Origin: an uncultured Bradyrhizobium sp.
GTDB taxonomy: Bacteria; Pseudomonadota; Alphaproteobacteria; Rhizobiales; Xanthobacteraceae
Reading direction: 5' to 3'
Assembly (NCBI RefSeq): GCF_936928535.1
Contig: NZ_CAKZHY010000097.1
Span: 9,852-73,851 of the forward strand
DNA length: 64,000 bases
Shown here: positions 10,389-19,046 of the stretch, piece after piece
How the letters are laid out: each line of letters starts with the position of its first letter
Position numbering within the stretch: position 1 is the stretch's first letter
Translations under genes and position numbers: made by a program
The notes under the pieces: model-generated
Databases searched by the model: none
Told to the model about the DNA's origin: nothing
The model's input: only the letters and a program-made list of their open reading frames with translations

Positions 10389-11261
10389 ATGACCGACGCC
10401 CCCTACGTGCCGCCCAAAGTCTGGACCTGGAACAAGGAGAATGGCGGTCAGTTCGCCAGCATCAACCGGCCCATCGCCGGCCCCACCCATGACAAGGAGC
10501 TGCCGGTCGGCAAGCATCCCTTCCAGCTCTACTCCCTGGCGACGCCAAACGGGGTGAAGGTCACGGTGATGCTTGAGGAGCTGCTGGCGCTCGGCCACAA
10601 GGGCGCCGAATATGACGCCTGGCTGATCAAGATCGGCAACGGCGACCAGTTCGGCAGCGGCTTTGTCGACATCAACCCGAATTCGAAGATTCCGGCGCTG
10701 ATGGACCGCTCCGGCCCTGAACCGATCCGTATCTTCGAATCCGGCTCGATCCTGTTCTACCTCGCCGAAAAGTTCGGCGCCTTCCTGCCGAAGGACATCA
10801 AGGCGCGCACCGAGGCGATGTCGTGGCTGTTCTGGCAGATGGGCAGCGCGCCCTATCTCGGCGGCGGCTTCGGCCATTTCTACGCCTACGCACCGTTCAA
10901 GATCGAATACGCCATCGATCGCTTCGCGATGGAGGTCAAGCGTCAGCTCGACGTGCTCGACCGCCGCCTTGCCGACAATGAATACCTCGCGGGCGAGGAG
11001 TATACGATCGCCGACATGGCCGTGTGGCCGTGGTACGGCGCGCTCGCCAAGGGGCTGGTCTACGGCGCCGGCGAATTCCTGTCCGTGCAGGACTACAAGA
11101 ACGTGCAGCGCTGGACTGATGAGATCGCCAAGCGCCCCGCGGTGAAGCGCGGCCGCATGGTCAACCGCGTCTCCGGCGATCCCGCCAGCCAGCTCCACGA
11201 GCGCCACGACGCATCCGATTTCGAGACCAAGACGCAGGACAAGGTCGCGCCGGCGACGTAG
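10389..11261 (+). CDS. yghU: Nu-class glutathione S-transferase, YghU-like
   Basis: From ATG 10389 the protein (MTDAPYVPPKVWTWNKENGGQFASINRPIAGPTHDKELPVGKHPFQLYSL...) matches my recollection of E. coli YghU closely along its length, including the C-terminal HERHDASDFE. Confidence 0.9.
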   Translation: MTDAPYVPPKVWTWNKENGGQFASINRPIAGPTHDKELPVGKHPFQLYSLATPNGVKVTVMLEELLALGHKGAEYDAWLIKIGNGDQFGSGFVDINPNSKIPALMDRSGPEPIRIFESGSILFYLAEKFGAFLPKDIKARTEAMSWLFWQMGSAPYLGGGFGHFYAYAPFKIEYAIDRFAMEVKRQLDVLDRRLADNEYLAGEEYTIADMAVWPWYGALAKGLVYGAGEFLSVQDYKNVQRWTDEIAKRPAVKRGRMVNRVSGDPASQLHERHDASDFETKTQDKVAPAT

Positions 11262-11274
11262 GTCTCGTCCTTCA

Positions 11275-11298
11275 CCTCGCCCCGCAAGCGGGGCGAGG
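11275..11298. terminator. Bidirectional GC-rich hairpin between convergent genes
   Basis: CCTCGCCCCG-caag-CGGGGCGAGG, a 10-bp perfect stem with a tetraloop. Lies 14 nt after the GST stop and 9 nt after the minus-strand stop. Confidence 0.45.
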
Positions 11299-11306
11299 GC
11301 GTACGA

Positions 11307-12032
11307 TCAATCCGGCAACATCTCGCCGGACCCGCCGAGTTCCGCCGGCAGATCGGCGTATTTCGGCAAGCCATCCCTGACCGACACCATCTTGCTCGCG
11401 TAGTTCGCATGCAGGGTCGGGTGGTGCTTGTAGCCCTTCAGCAGGTTGGCATAGACGTCGATCAGCCGCATCCGCGGGTGTTCGGTCATGACATGACCGC
11501 CGCATGTCCTGCAGAATTTGCGATAGGAGTGCTCGGTCTTGTTGAAAGACCCAAGCTCCGCCTCGCCCTTGATGACGCGCACGCTGTCAGACTTCCATAA
11601 ACTGAAGGCGTTCATCGGCGCGGCCGACCAGGCCTGGCAATCGGCACAATGGCAATAGCCGGCGAATACCGGCTTGCCCGTCACCTCGACTTCGACGGCT
11701 CCGCAAAAGCAGCCGGCCCGATAGGTCGCGAGCGGCTCCGCATGGGTGCTCTCGCCCTCGGCAAGTAGATCGTTATATCCGGGGTTCTTGCTCAGGAAAT
11801 TGCGGATGAAGTCGCACTCGACGAACAGCCTTCGTTCCTGTCCGCGTACCGCGTCCAGCGTGGCGCGGCCGAGCTTTGAACCGATACCGCGGCCGCCGAG
11901 CTCGGGCGGCACCTCGGTGTGTACCAGCGTGATGACGCCGTCGGCCTTGCGATAGGTGACGAAGGCGACCACTCCGTCGACATCGAGCTCGAACCGGCTG
12001 CGCTCGTCATTGTCGCGAAAGGCTTCCGGCAT
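11307..12032 (-). CDS. Fusion protein: small GNAT-like (YjdJ-type) N-terminal domain plus GFA/CENP-V Zn-binding C-terminal domain
   Basis: N-terminal about 95 aa (FELDVDG..VTLVHTEVPPELGGRGIGSKLGRATLD..CDFIRNFL) is typical of short GNAT proteins. The C-terminus has GFA Cys motifs CFCGAVEVEV, CHCADCQ and FCRTCGGHV. Confidence 0.7.
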   Translation of the reverse strand: MPEAFRDNDERSRFELDVDGVVAFVTYRKADGVITLVHTEVPPELGGRGIGSKLGRATLDAVRGQERRLFVECDFIRNFLSKNPGYNDLLAEGESTHAEPLATYRAGCFCGAVEVEVTGKPVFAGYCHCADCQAWSAAPMNAFSLWKSDSVRVIKGEAELGSFNKTEHSYRKFCRTCGGHVMTEHPRMRLIDVYANLLKGYKHHPTLHANYASKMVSVRDGLPKYADLPAELGGSGEMLPD

Positions 12033-12052
12033 CGTCTCTCTCCACGGTGCGG

Positions 12053-12670
12053 TTACTTGCTCTTCGCGCCTTCAGCCGCGGGAAACACCACGCGGTCATC
12101 GGTGCGGCAGTAGCGGTCGGCGAACATGCGGCCGATCGGGTGATAGCGCTCCATATGCACCCGCATCGCCTTGTCGTCCCAGAGTTCGTCGCGGATGTGG
12201 AAGTGAATGCCTTCGCCCATGATCAGACGGCGATCGTCGTTGACGTCGATCATCTTCCAGAGCTTGCATTCCATCGCCCAGGGGGTGTCGGCCAGGCGCG
12301 GCACGGCGATCTTCGTGGAAGGCGCGAGCTTCAGCCCGAGATAATCGGGCTCGCCGATTTCAGGCGGAAAATCGCCGCTGGACTCATGCATGGCGCGCGC
12401 CAGCGGCTCGTCGGCGAGGTTGACCACGAACTCGCCGGTTCGCTGGATGTTGAGGAAGGTGTCCTTGTCCTGTCCGTTCGGCTTGCGGTTCGCCGCGAAC
12501 ATGCAGAGCGGCGGATCCTCGCAAAACGCATTGAAAAAGCTGAAAGGGGCAGCGTTGACGATGCCGGATGGCCCCACAGACGTCACCCACGCGATCGGCC
12601 GCGGCAAGATGAAAGACGTCAGCACCTTGTAGCGCTCGCGTGGCGTCAGGTCGCTGGCGGCGTAGTCCAT
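12053..12670 (-). CDS. Flavin reductase family protein (FMN-binding split barrel)
   Basis: Start at ATG 12670 (MDYAASDLTPRERYKVLTSFILPRPIAWVTS...NAAPFSFFN), a classic flavin-reductase-like N-terminus. The track start 12721 runs into a repeat. Confidence 0.8.
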   Translation of the reverse strand: MDYAASDLTPRERYKVLTSFILPRPIAWVTSVGPSGIVNAAPFSFFNAFCEDPPLCMFAANRKPNGQDKDTFLNIQRTGEFVVNLADEPLARAMHESSGDFPPEIGEPDYLGLKLAPSTKIAVPRLADTPWAMECKLWKMIDVNDDRRLIMGEGIHFHIRDELWDDKAMRVHMERYHPIGRMFADRYCRTDDRVVFPAAEGAKSK

Positions 12671-12697
12671 TGACTTCCTTTCCGTCTTGCGATCTCG

Positions 12698-12740
12698 CTC
12701 ACCCCAACCCTCTCTCCGCAAGAACGGGGAGAGGGAGAGG
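12698..12740. repeat. Short hairpin repeat, family D copy (CTCTCCGCAAGAACGGGGAGAG core)
   Basis: Shares the core ...CTCTCC(N)3AAGAACGGGGAGAGG with the arms at 52304-52447. Sits in an intra-operon gap. Confidence 0.5.
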
Positions 12741-12748
12741 AGGACCTT

Positions 12749-14026
12749 TCACGCCATGCTCAGCTCGTGGCGGCCGACCACCATCCAGTGCACTTCGTCC
12801 GGACCGTCGGCGAAGCGGAGGTGGCGGACGTCCTGGTACATTTCGGCGAGCGGGGTCCAGTGCGAGATGCCTGTGGCGCCGTGCATCTGGATCGACTGGT
12901 CGATGATCTTGCAGGCACGCTCGGGCACCATGGCCTTGACCATGGAGACCCAGACGCGGGCCTCCTTGTTGCCGAGCACGTCCATCGCTTTGGCGGCCTT
13001 CAGCACCATCAACCGCATCGCCTCGATCTCGCAGCGGGCTTGCGCGATGATCTGCATGTTGCCGCCGAGATGGGCGATCTTCTTGCCGAAGGCTTCGCGG
13101 GTGAGGCCACGCTGCACCATCAGGTCCAGCGCCTTCTCGGCCTTGCCGATCGTGCGCATGCAGTGATGGATGCGGCCCGGCCCCAAGCGGAGCTGCGAGA
13201 TCTCGAAGCCGCGGCCTTCACCGAGCAGCATGTTCGCCTTCGGCACGCGCACATTGTTGAAGCGCATGTGCATGTGGCCGCGCGGCGCATGGTCCTGGCC
13301 GAACACGTACATGGGCCCGAGCACCTCGACGCCGGGCGTGTCGCGCGGCACCAGGATCTGCGACTGCTGCTTGCTTGGCGCCGCATCCGGATTGGTCTTC
13401 ACCATCACGATGAGAATCTTGCAGCGGGGGTCGCCGAGGCCGGAGATGTAATACTTCTCGCCGTTGATGACCCATTCGTCGCCGACGAGCTTTGCGGTGG
13501 TCGAGATGTTCTTGGCGTCGGAGGAGGCGACGTTCGGCTCGGTCATGACATAGGCCGAGCGGATCTCGCCGTTCATCAGCGGCTTCAGCCACTTCTCCTT
13601 CTGCTCCTTGGTGCCGACGCGCTCCAGCACCTCCATGTTGCCGGTGTCGGGCGCCGAGCAGTTCATGGTCTCGGACGCCAGCGGGCTCTTGCCGAGTTCG
13701 GAGGCGATATAGGCGTAGTCGAGGTTCTTCAGGCCCTGGCCGGTCTCGTCATCGGGCAGGAAGAAATTCCAGAGGCCTTCCTTCTTGGCCTTGTTCTTGG
13801 CGACCTCGAGCACCTCGAGCTGCTTCGGCGTGAAGCTCCAGCGATCCTCCTTGCCTTCGCCGGCCTTGGCGAACTCGATCGACATCGGCTCGACCGTCTC
13901 GCGGATGAACTTCTTGACGTGATCGTAGAGCGGCCGGACCTGGTCCGACATCCTGAGGTCATTGAGCTCATCGCCGGGATTGAGCGTGTAGTTGGTGGTG
14001 CGGGGAATGTAGCTGTGCTTTGTCAT
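12749..14026 (-). CDS. Acyl-CoA dehydrogenase family protein, ACAD10/ACAD11-type
   Basis: Start ATG 14026 with GGAGG upstream; the track start 14314 reads through repeat C1. Motifs NCSAPDTGNMEVL, GEGRGFEISQLRLGPGRIHHCMR and LRFADGPDEVH match my recollection of the ACAD10/11 C-terminal domain. Confidence 0.85.
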   Translation of the reverse strand: MTKHSYIPRTTNYTLNPGDELNDLRMSDQVRPLYDHVKKFIRETVEPMSIEFAKAGEGKEDRWSFTPKQLEVLEVAKNKAKKEGLWNFFLPDDETGQGLKNLDYAYIASELGKSPLASETMNCSAPDTGNMEVLERVGTKEQKEKWLKPLMNGEIRSAYVMTEPNVASSDAKNISTTAKLVGDEWVINGEKYYISGLGDPRCKILIVMVKTNPDAAPSKQQSQILVPRDTPGVEVLGPMYVFGQDHAPRGHMHMRFNNVRVPKANMLLGEGRGFEISQLRLGPGRIHHCMRTIGKAEKALDLMVQRGLTREAFGKKIAHLGGNMQIIAQARCEIEAMRLMVLKAAKAMDVLGNKEARVWVSMVKAMVPERACKIIDQSIQMHGATGISHWTPLAEMYQDVRHLRFADGPDEVHWMVVGRHELSMA

Positions 14027-14212
14027 TGTTCCTCCCGGGAGCGCTGAGATCATATTGGCCGGGAGAATAGTCGCAGCGCCACGAAAGTGCGAGCGCGTAT
14101 TTTCTCGCGCAAGCCATGCCATGCCATGGAATTTTCGCGGGGCGTTTGAAATGTTGTTTGAATGGGGGCGCGGACGTGACGTGGATAGAGTACGGACCCG
14201 TGCCCAGGATTC

Positions 14213-14299
14213 CGTCATTGCGAGCGCAGTGAAGCAATCCAGAATCTTACCGCCGCGACAGTCTGGATTGCTTCGTCGCAAGAGCTCCTCGCAATGACG
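14213..14299. repeat. REP/MITE-like nested palindrome, family C copy 1 (CGTCATTGCGAG ... CTCGCAATGACG)
   Basis: Outer inverted repeat CGTCATTGCGAG / CTCGCAATGACG and inner inverted repeat GAAGCAATCCAGA / TCTGGATTGCTTC. About 90% identical to 42657-42743. Confidence 0.8.
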
Positions 14300-14317
14300 A
14301 GGAGAGATCGGCATTCC

Positions 14318-14698
14318 TCAGCTCGGCATCCGATGCATCGCACAGATCTTGTTGCCGTCGGGATCGCGCAAATAGGCGAGATAAAGCTTGTTCCCCGCGC
14401 CCTCGCGGATGCCGGGCGGGTTTTCGATCGGCGTACCGCCAGCGGCGACGCCGGCGGCGTGCCATTTGTCGACCTGCTCAGGCGAGTTGGCGGCAAAGCC
14501 GATGGTGCCGCCGTTGGCGCAGGTCGCCGGCTCGCCGTTGATCGGCTTCGTCACCGAGAACACACCGGTCTTGGTGAAATAGAAGATGCGATAGCCGTCG
14601 ACCTTGGCGGGGCGCACCTCGAGCGTGCTCAGCAGTTGGTCGTAGAACGTCTTGGCCTTGTCGAGGTCGTTGGTGCCGATCATGATGTGCGAAAACAT
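14318..14698 (-). CDS. VOC family protein (glyoxalase/bleomycin resistance/dioxygenase fold)
   Basis: 126 aa. N-terminal MFSHIMIGTNDLDKAKTFYDQLL and C-terminal YLRDPDGNKI are hallmark VOC beta-alpha-beta3 module sequences. Confidence 0.8.
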   Translation of the reverse strand: MFSHIMIGTNDLDKAKTFYDQLLSTLEVRPAKVDGYRIFYFTKTGVFSVTKPINGEPATCANGGTIGFAANSPEQVDKWHAAGVAAGGTPIENPPGIREGAGNKLYLAYLRDPDGNKICAMHRMPS

Positions 14699-14733
14699 TT
14701 GCCTTCCCCCTCTGCGCTACAAATTTGGAATCC

Positions 14734-14811
14734 GTAGGGTGGGCAAAAGCGCAGCGTGCCCACCACATGGAATTGGTGGGCACGGCGCAAGAGCGCCTTT
14801 GCCCACCCTAC
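14734..14811. repeat. REP/MITE-like nested palindrome, family A copy 2
   Basis: GTAGGGTGGGCAAAAG...GCGTGCCCACC...GGTGGGCACGGCG...CTTTGCCCACCCTAC. Coordinates cross-checked against track ORF 14725. Confidence 0.8.
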
Positions 14812-14817
14812 GAGATC

Positions 14818-15597
14818 TCAAAACGCCGTATAGCCGCCGTCGATCACGAACGTATCGGCCGTGTGATACGACGAGGCCTTGCTCATCAGATACACGGCGA
14901 TGCCGCCGAAATCGCTGGCCTCGCCGAAGCGCCGCATCGGAATCCGCGGCATCACGTTGGCGACGAACTTTTCGTTGGCCATGATGCCCGCGGTCATGTC
15001 GCTCTTGATCCAGCCGGGCAGGATCGCATTCGCGGTGACGCCATGGCGCGCGAGCTCGACGCCGAGGGCGCGCACCAGCGCGTTGATGGCGGCTTTGGTC
15101 GCGGCGTAGTGCTCGTTGCGCGCGGTGCCGAAGATCGAGGCGAGGCTCGAGGTCGCGACCAGCCGGCCGAACGGATCACCCGCATTGGCCCGATCGGTCA
15201 TATGCTTCGCCGCGGCCTGGAACGCGTGAAATACGCCGTCGAGATTGGTCGCAAACATCGTGCGCCATTCCTCCTCGGTGCGCTCGATGAACGACCTGCG
15301 GCCGCCGCCGCCGATGCCGGCATTGGCGAAACAGCCGTCGACCCGGCCGAAGGTGTCAAGTGTCGCCTTCATCGCCGCATTGACGGAAGCGGGATCAGTG
15401 ACGTCGCAGACGCGGGTGTCGATCTTGCCTGAAAGCCCCGCCATGCTCGCGGCAGCAGCTTTGTTCTTGTCAGCATTGCGGCCCCAGATCGAGACGTTGC
15501 AACCCTGGCCGGCCAGCGCCTGTGCGATGCCGAGCCCGATACCGCCATTGCCGCCGGTGATCACGGCGACACGGCCGGTGAGATCGAAAAGGTTCAT
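14818..15597 (-). CDS. SDR family oxidoreductase (FabG-like)
   Basis: Rossmann motif ITGGNGGIGLGIA, a NAG motif and catalytic Tyr-x3-Lys (YAATKAA). Confidence 0.85.
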   Translation of the reverse strand: MNLFDLTGRVAVITGGNGGIGLGIAQALAGQGCNVSIWGRNADKNKAAAASMAGLSGKIDTRVCDVTDPASVNAAMKATLDTFGRVDGCFANAGIGGGGRRSFIERTEEEWRTMFATNLDGVFHAFQAAAKHMTDRANAGDPFGRLVATSSLASIFGTARNEHYAATKAAINALVRALGVELARHGVTANAILPGWIKSDMTAGIMANEKFVANVMPRIPMRRFGEASDFGGIAVYLMSKASSYHTADTFVIDGGYTAF

Positions 15598-15791
15598 GGC
15601 GCGTTTCCTGTATTCTTGGCGGGTTTCTTGGCGTGATGCGCATCAGCCGGTGCGCGCAAGATCGTGCGATATGACGGTGGGGTATGCTTTGGCCACCATG
15701 GACAAGACGGCGCCAAAAATCAAATATGCGTTCCGGCAAAAGCTAATTCCGGTCTGCGAAACATAGGCAGGCCGTAACTGACGAGGAAACG

Positions 15792-16580
15792 ATGCAGTTC
15801 AAACACGTCACGCTCGAATTCGATGGTTCGGTCGCGATCCTCAAGCTCGACCATCAGGAGGTGATGAACGCGGTCTCCGTGGACATGCTGGGTGGCCTCT
15901 CCGATGCGCTCGATGCGATCGAGGAAAAAAGGGACGAGGTGCGCTGCGTCGTGCTGACCGGCGCTGGACGTGCGTTCTGCACGGGGGCGAATCTTCAGGG
16001 CCGCAACAACCAGTCGAAGAAGAGCAAGGCGGGCCTGACGCTGGAAACCGGCTTTCATCCGTTCCTGCGCCGCATCCGCAATCTGCATTGCCCGATCGTA
16101 ACGGCGGTCAACGGCCCCGCCGCCGGCGCCGGCATGAGCTTCGCGCTGCTTGGCGATATGATCTTGTGCGCGCGTTCCTCCTACTTCCTCCAGGCCTTCC
16201 GTCGCATCGGCCTCGTGCCGGATTGCGGCTCGACCTGGCTGTTGCCGCGTCTGATCGGCAAGGCGCGCTCGGTCGAGCTGTCACTGATGGGCGAGCGCCT
16301 GCCGGCCGAGAAGGCGCTGGAATGGGGGCTCGTCAATCGCGTCTATGACGACGGCGTTTTGATGGAGGAGGCGATGAAGCTCGCGCACGATCTCGCCAGC
16401 GGGCCGACGATCGCGCTGTCGCTGATCCGCAAGCTCTATTGGGACAGCCCGGAGAATTCGTTCGAGGAGCAGCTCAATCTCGAATTCCAGTGCCAGCTCC
16501 GTGCCGGCGATACGCAGGATTTTCGCGAAGGTGTCGGCGCATTCCTCGAGAAGCGCCCCGCGCAGTTCAAAGGCAAATGA
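15792..16580 (+). CDS. Enoyl-CoA hydratase/isomerase (crotonase) family protein
   Basis: Oxyanion-hole motifs VVLTGAGRAFCTGANL and AVNGPAAGAGMSFAL. Confidence 0.85.
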   Translation: MQFKHVTLEFDGSVAILKLDHQEVMNAVSVDMLGGLSDALDAIEEKRDEVRCVVLTGAGRAFCTGANLQGRNNQSKKSKAGLTLETGFHPFLRRIRNLHCPIVTAVNGPAAGAGMSFALLGDMILCARSSYFLQAFRRIGLVPDCGSTWLLPRLIGKARSVELSLMGERLPAEKALEWGLVNRVYDDGVLMEEAMKLAHDLASGPTIALSLIRKLYWDSPENSFEEQLNLEFQCQLRAGDTQDFREGVGAFLEKRPAQFKGK

Positions 16581-17563
16581 TCGAGGCGGAGCTCTCCCGC
16601 AGCGTCCGGCGCTGGTGTCCAGGTGCGACCGGCGCGACCTCCGCGGCAAAGCTGTCGGGTGGCGCCAGTCAGGAGACCTGGCGCTTCGATATCGTCCATC
16701 CCGATGGGCCGATCGGTGCGATCCTGCGGCGCTCGCCGAAGGGCTATGGGGCGGCGCCGACGCGTGCAGCGGGGCTCGCGGCCGAAGCGCAGCTGATGCA
16801 GCTCGCTTACGAGGCCGGCGTGCCGTCGCCGCGCGTGATGCATGTGCTGGCGCCGGAGGACGATCTCGGCACCGGCTTCATCATGCAGCGGGTCGAGGGC
16901 GAGACCATCGCCCGCAAGATCCTTCGTGACGATGAATTCGCTGCGGCGCGGCCGCTGCTGGCGCGGCAGATTGGCGGCATCCTTGCTGGCTTGCATCGGC
17001 TCCCGCAGGATAAATTGCCCGAGCTGCGCAGCAGGTCGGCGACGCAGGAGATCTCCGAGTTCGACCGAGACTATCGCAGTCTGAACTGGCCAAAGCCGGT
17101 TTTCGAGCTCGCGCTGCGCTGGCTGCGCGACCACGATCCCGGCCCCTCGACTGAGGTGACGCTGGTGCACGGCGATTTCCGCAACGGCAATCTCATCATC
17201 GGCCCCGACGGCGTGCGCGCCGTGCTCGACTGGGAGCTCGCCCATCTCGGCGATCCCATGGAGGATCTCGGCTGGGTCTGCGTCAACTCCTGGCGTTTCG
17301 GCGAGATCGACAAGCCCGTCGGCGGCTTTGGCTCGCGCGAGGAGCTGTTCGCCGGCTATGAGGCGGCAGGCCGCAAGGTCGATCCGGTACGGGTGAAATT
17401 CTGGGAAGTCATGGGCACGCTACGTTGGGGCATCATGTGCGGCGGGATGATGCAGCGGTTCCGCGAGGGGCCCGATCATTCCATGGAACGCGCCATGATC
17501 GGGCGCCGCGCCTCGGAGACCGAGATCGATCTCTTGCGGCTGCTCGCGCCGCGGGAAGGATAG
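16577..17563 (+). CDS. Phosphotransferase family protein (APH-type kinase; LvaA / ACAD10-11 kinase-domain-like)
   Basis: ATG 16577 overlaps the crotonase stop (ATGA). Brenner motif LVHGDFRNGNLII and metal-binding LDWELAHLGDPMEDLGW. Confidence 0.8.
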   Translation: MIEAELSRSVRRWCPGATGATSAAKLSGGASQETWRFDIVHPDGPIGAILRRSPKGYGAAPTRAAGLAAEAQLMQLAYEAGVPSPRVMHVLAPEDDLGTGFIMQRVEGETIARKILRDDEFAAARPLLARQIGGILAGLHRLPQDKLPELRSRSATQEISEFDRDYRSLNWPKPVFELALRWLRDHDPGPSTEVTLVHGDFRNGNLIIGPDGVRAVLDWELAHLGDPMEDLGWVCVNSWRFGEIDKPVGGFGSREELFAGYEAAGRKVDPVRVKFWEVMGTLRWGIMCGGMMQRFREGPDHSMERAMIGRRASETEIDLLRLLAPREG

Positions 17564-17566
17564 GCC

Positions 17567-17938
17567 ATGCAGGACGAACCGAACCCGATCGAGCTGACCA
17601 AGGCGGTCGCCGATTTCCTCCGCAATGACATCACGCCGTTGATATCAGGCCATCAGGGCTTCAAGCTGCGCGTTGCCATCAACATCCTCGACCTCGTCAC
17701 GCGCCAACTGACGCAGGAGGAGGGCAGCGATGCGAAGGAAGTCGAGCGGTTGCGTGCGCTGCTTGGTGTCGACGGCTCAGTTACTGACCTTAATCGTGCA
17801 CTCGCCGAGCGTATCGCCAAGGGTGAGGTCGATCTGACAACGCCGGGGCTTGCAGAGCATCTGTGGGCGACCACGATGGAGAAGCTCGCCGTCGATCAGC
17901 CGAACTATGCGTCCTACAAGCGGGAACTTGGGAGGTAG
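17567..17938 (+). CDS. Small helical protein coupled to the kinase (DUF6285-like from memory; LvaB-like by size and position)
   Basis: 123 aa, starts 3 nt after the kinase stop and shows good GC3 bias. No enzymatic motifs recognised. Confidence 0.6.
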   Translation: MQDEPNPIELTKAVADFLRNDITPLISGHQGFKLRVAINILDLVTRQLTQEEGSDAKEVERLRALLGVDGSVTDLNRALAERIAKGEVDLTTPGLAEHLWATTMEKLAVDQPNYASYKRELGR

Positions 17939-17961
17939 GCGGGCTACGCCCGCTCTCTCCC

Positions 17962-18045
17962 CGTCATTGCGAGGAGCGAAGCGACGAAGCAACCCAGACT
18001 GTTTCCGGGGAGCGATTCTGGATTGCTTCTACGCTCGCAATGACG
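17962..18045. repeat. REP/MITE-like nested palindrome, family C copy 2 (inverted orientation)
   Basis: The reverse complement aligns with C1 and C3 at about 85%. Lies between convergent genes. Confidence 0.8.
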
Positions 18046-18057
18046 GCGGAGAAACCT

Positions 18058-18837
18058 TTACTTCCCCACCCATTTCGGCGGCCGCTTCTCCGAGAACGCC
18101 TTCGGGCCCTCGATGTAATCCTGCGAGGCCACCATCGCCTTCACCGCCGGGTACTCCCGCTGCTCCTCGATCGCCTGCTCCAGCGACACGGCGAGTCCTT
18201 TCCGGATGGTCTGCTTCGAGGCCCGGATCGACATCGGCGAGTTCTTGGTGATCATCTCTGCCCAGCGCAGCGCGCCGGCGAGGGCCTCGCCCTGCGGCAC
18301 CACCTCGTTGACGAAGCCGAGCTCATGACCCTCCTTGGCGCTGACATGGCGCGCGGTGAGGATCATGCCCATGGCGCGCTTCAGGCCGATCTGCCGTGGC
18401 AGCCGGTGCAGGCCACCGGCGAGCGCGGCGAGGCCGACGCGTGGCTCAGGCAGGGCGAAGGTCGCGTTCTCCGATGCGATGATCAGATCGCAGGCCAGCG
18501 CGATTTCGAAACCGCCACCCATGGCGACGCCGTTGACCGCAGCGATGATCGGCTTGTCGCAGTCGAATCGCGCAGTGAGGCCGGCAAAGCCGCCCTTGTC
18601 CCATCCGCGCTTGCCGCCGGCCGCCTGCCACTTCAGATCATTGCCGGCGCAGAATGCCTTGTCGCCGGCGCCGGTGACGACCGCGACCCATTGCGCGGGG
18701 TCCGCGGCGAAATCGTCGAAGACCTTGTTGAGCTCGAAATGCGCATCGATGTGCAGCGCGTTATAGACCTCGGGCCGTGACAGCGTGACGATCGTGATCG
18801 GTCCCTTGCGTTCCACCTTCGAAAACTTCAGCTCCAT
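18058..18837 (-). CDS. Enoyl-CoA hydratase/carnithine racemase family protein
   Basis: Crotonase motifs VVTGAGDKAFCAGNDLK and AAVNGVAMGGGFEIALACD. Confidence 0.85.
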   Translation of the reverse strand: MELKFSKVERKGPITIVTLSRPEVYNALHIDAHFELNKVFDDFAADPAQWVAVVTGAGDKAFCAGNDLKWQAAGGKRGWDKGGFAGLTARFDCDKPIIAAVNGVAMGGGFEIALACDLIIASENATFALPEPRVGLAALAGGLHRLPRQIGLKRAMGMILTARHVSAKEGHELGFVNEVVPQGEALAGALRWAEMITKNSPMSIRASKQTIRKGLAVSLEQAIEEQREYPAVKAMVASQDYIEGPKAFSEKRPPKWVGK

Positions 18838-19046
18838 CGCGCGCTCCCGCAGTTTCTCATGAATATTGGCGTCATACTACCGCGCGTCAGCGCCGCCGCA
18901 CCATTGAATTGCGCGGGTGCGCCTTGCGCGCTTCACACGCGTCGGCTTGCTTGACTTGCGCGCGCTCTTCTCACCTTAATCGTGCGAAGCAAAGACGCGA
19001 CTAGCGCCTTAACGCAAAACGATAAAACCAATCCGGGAGAGAATCT

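Noticed and set aside
14027-14314. N-terminal 96-aa extension of the ACAD ORF in the track
   Set aside because: The extension is a translation of the family C repeat (..PRHCEELLRRSNPDC..LDCF..LAMT..). A GGAGG-preceded ATG at 14026 gives a normal-length ACAD.
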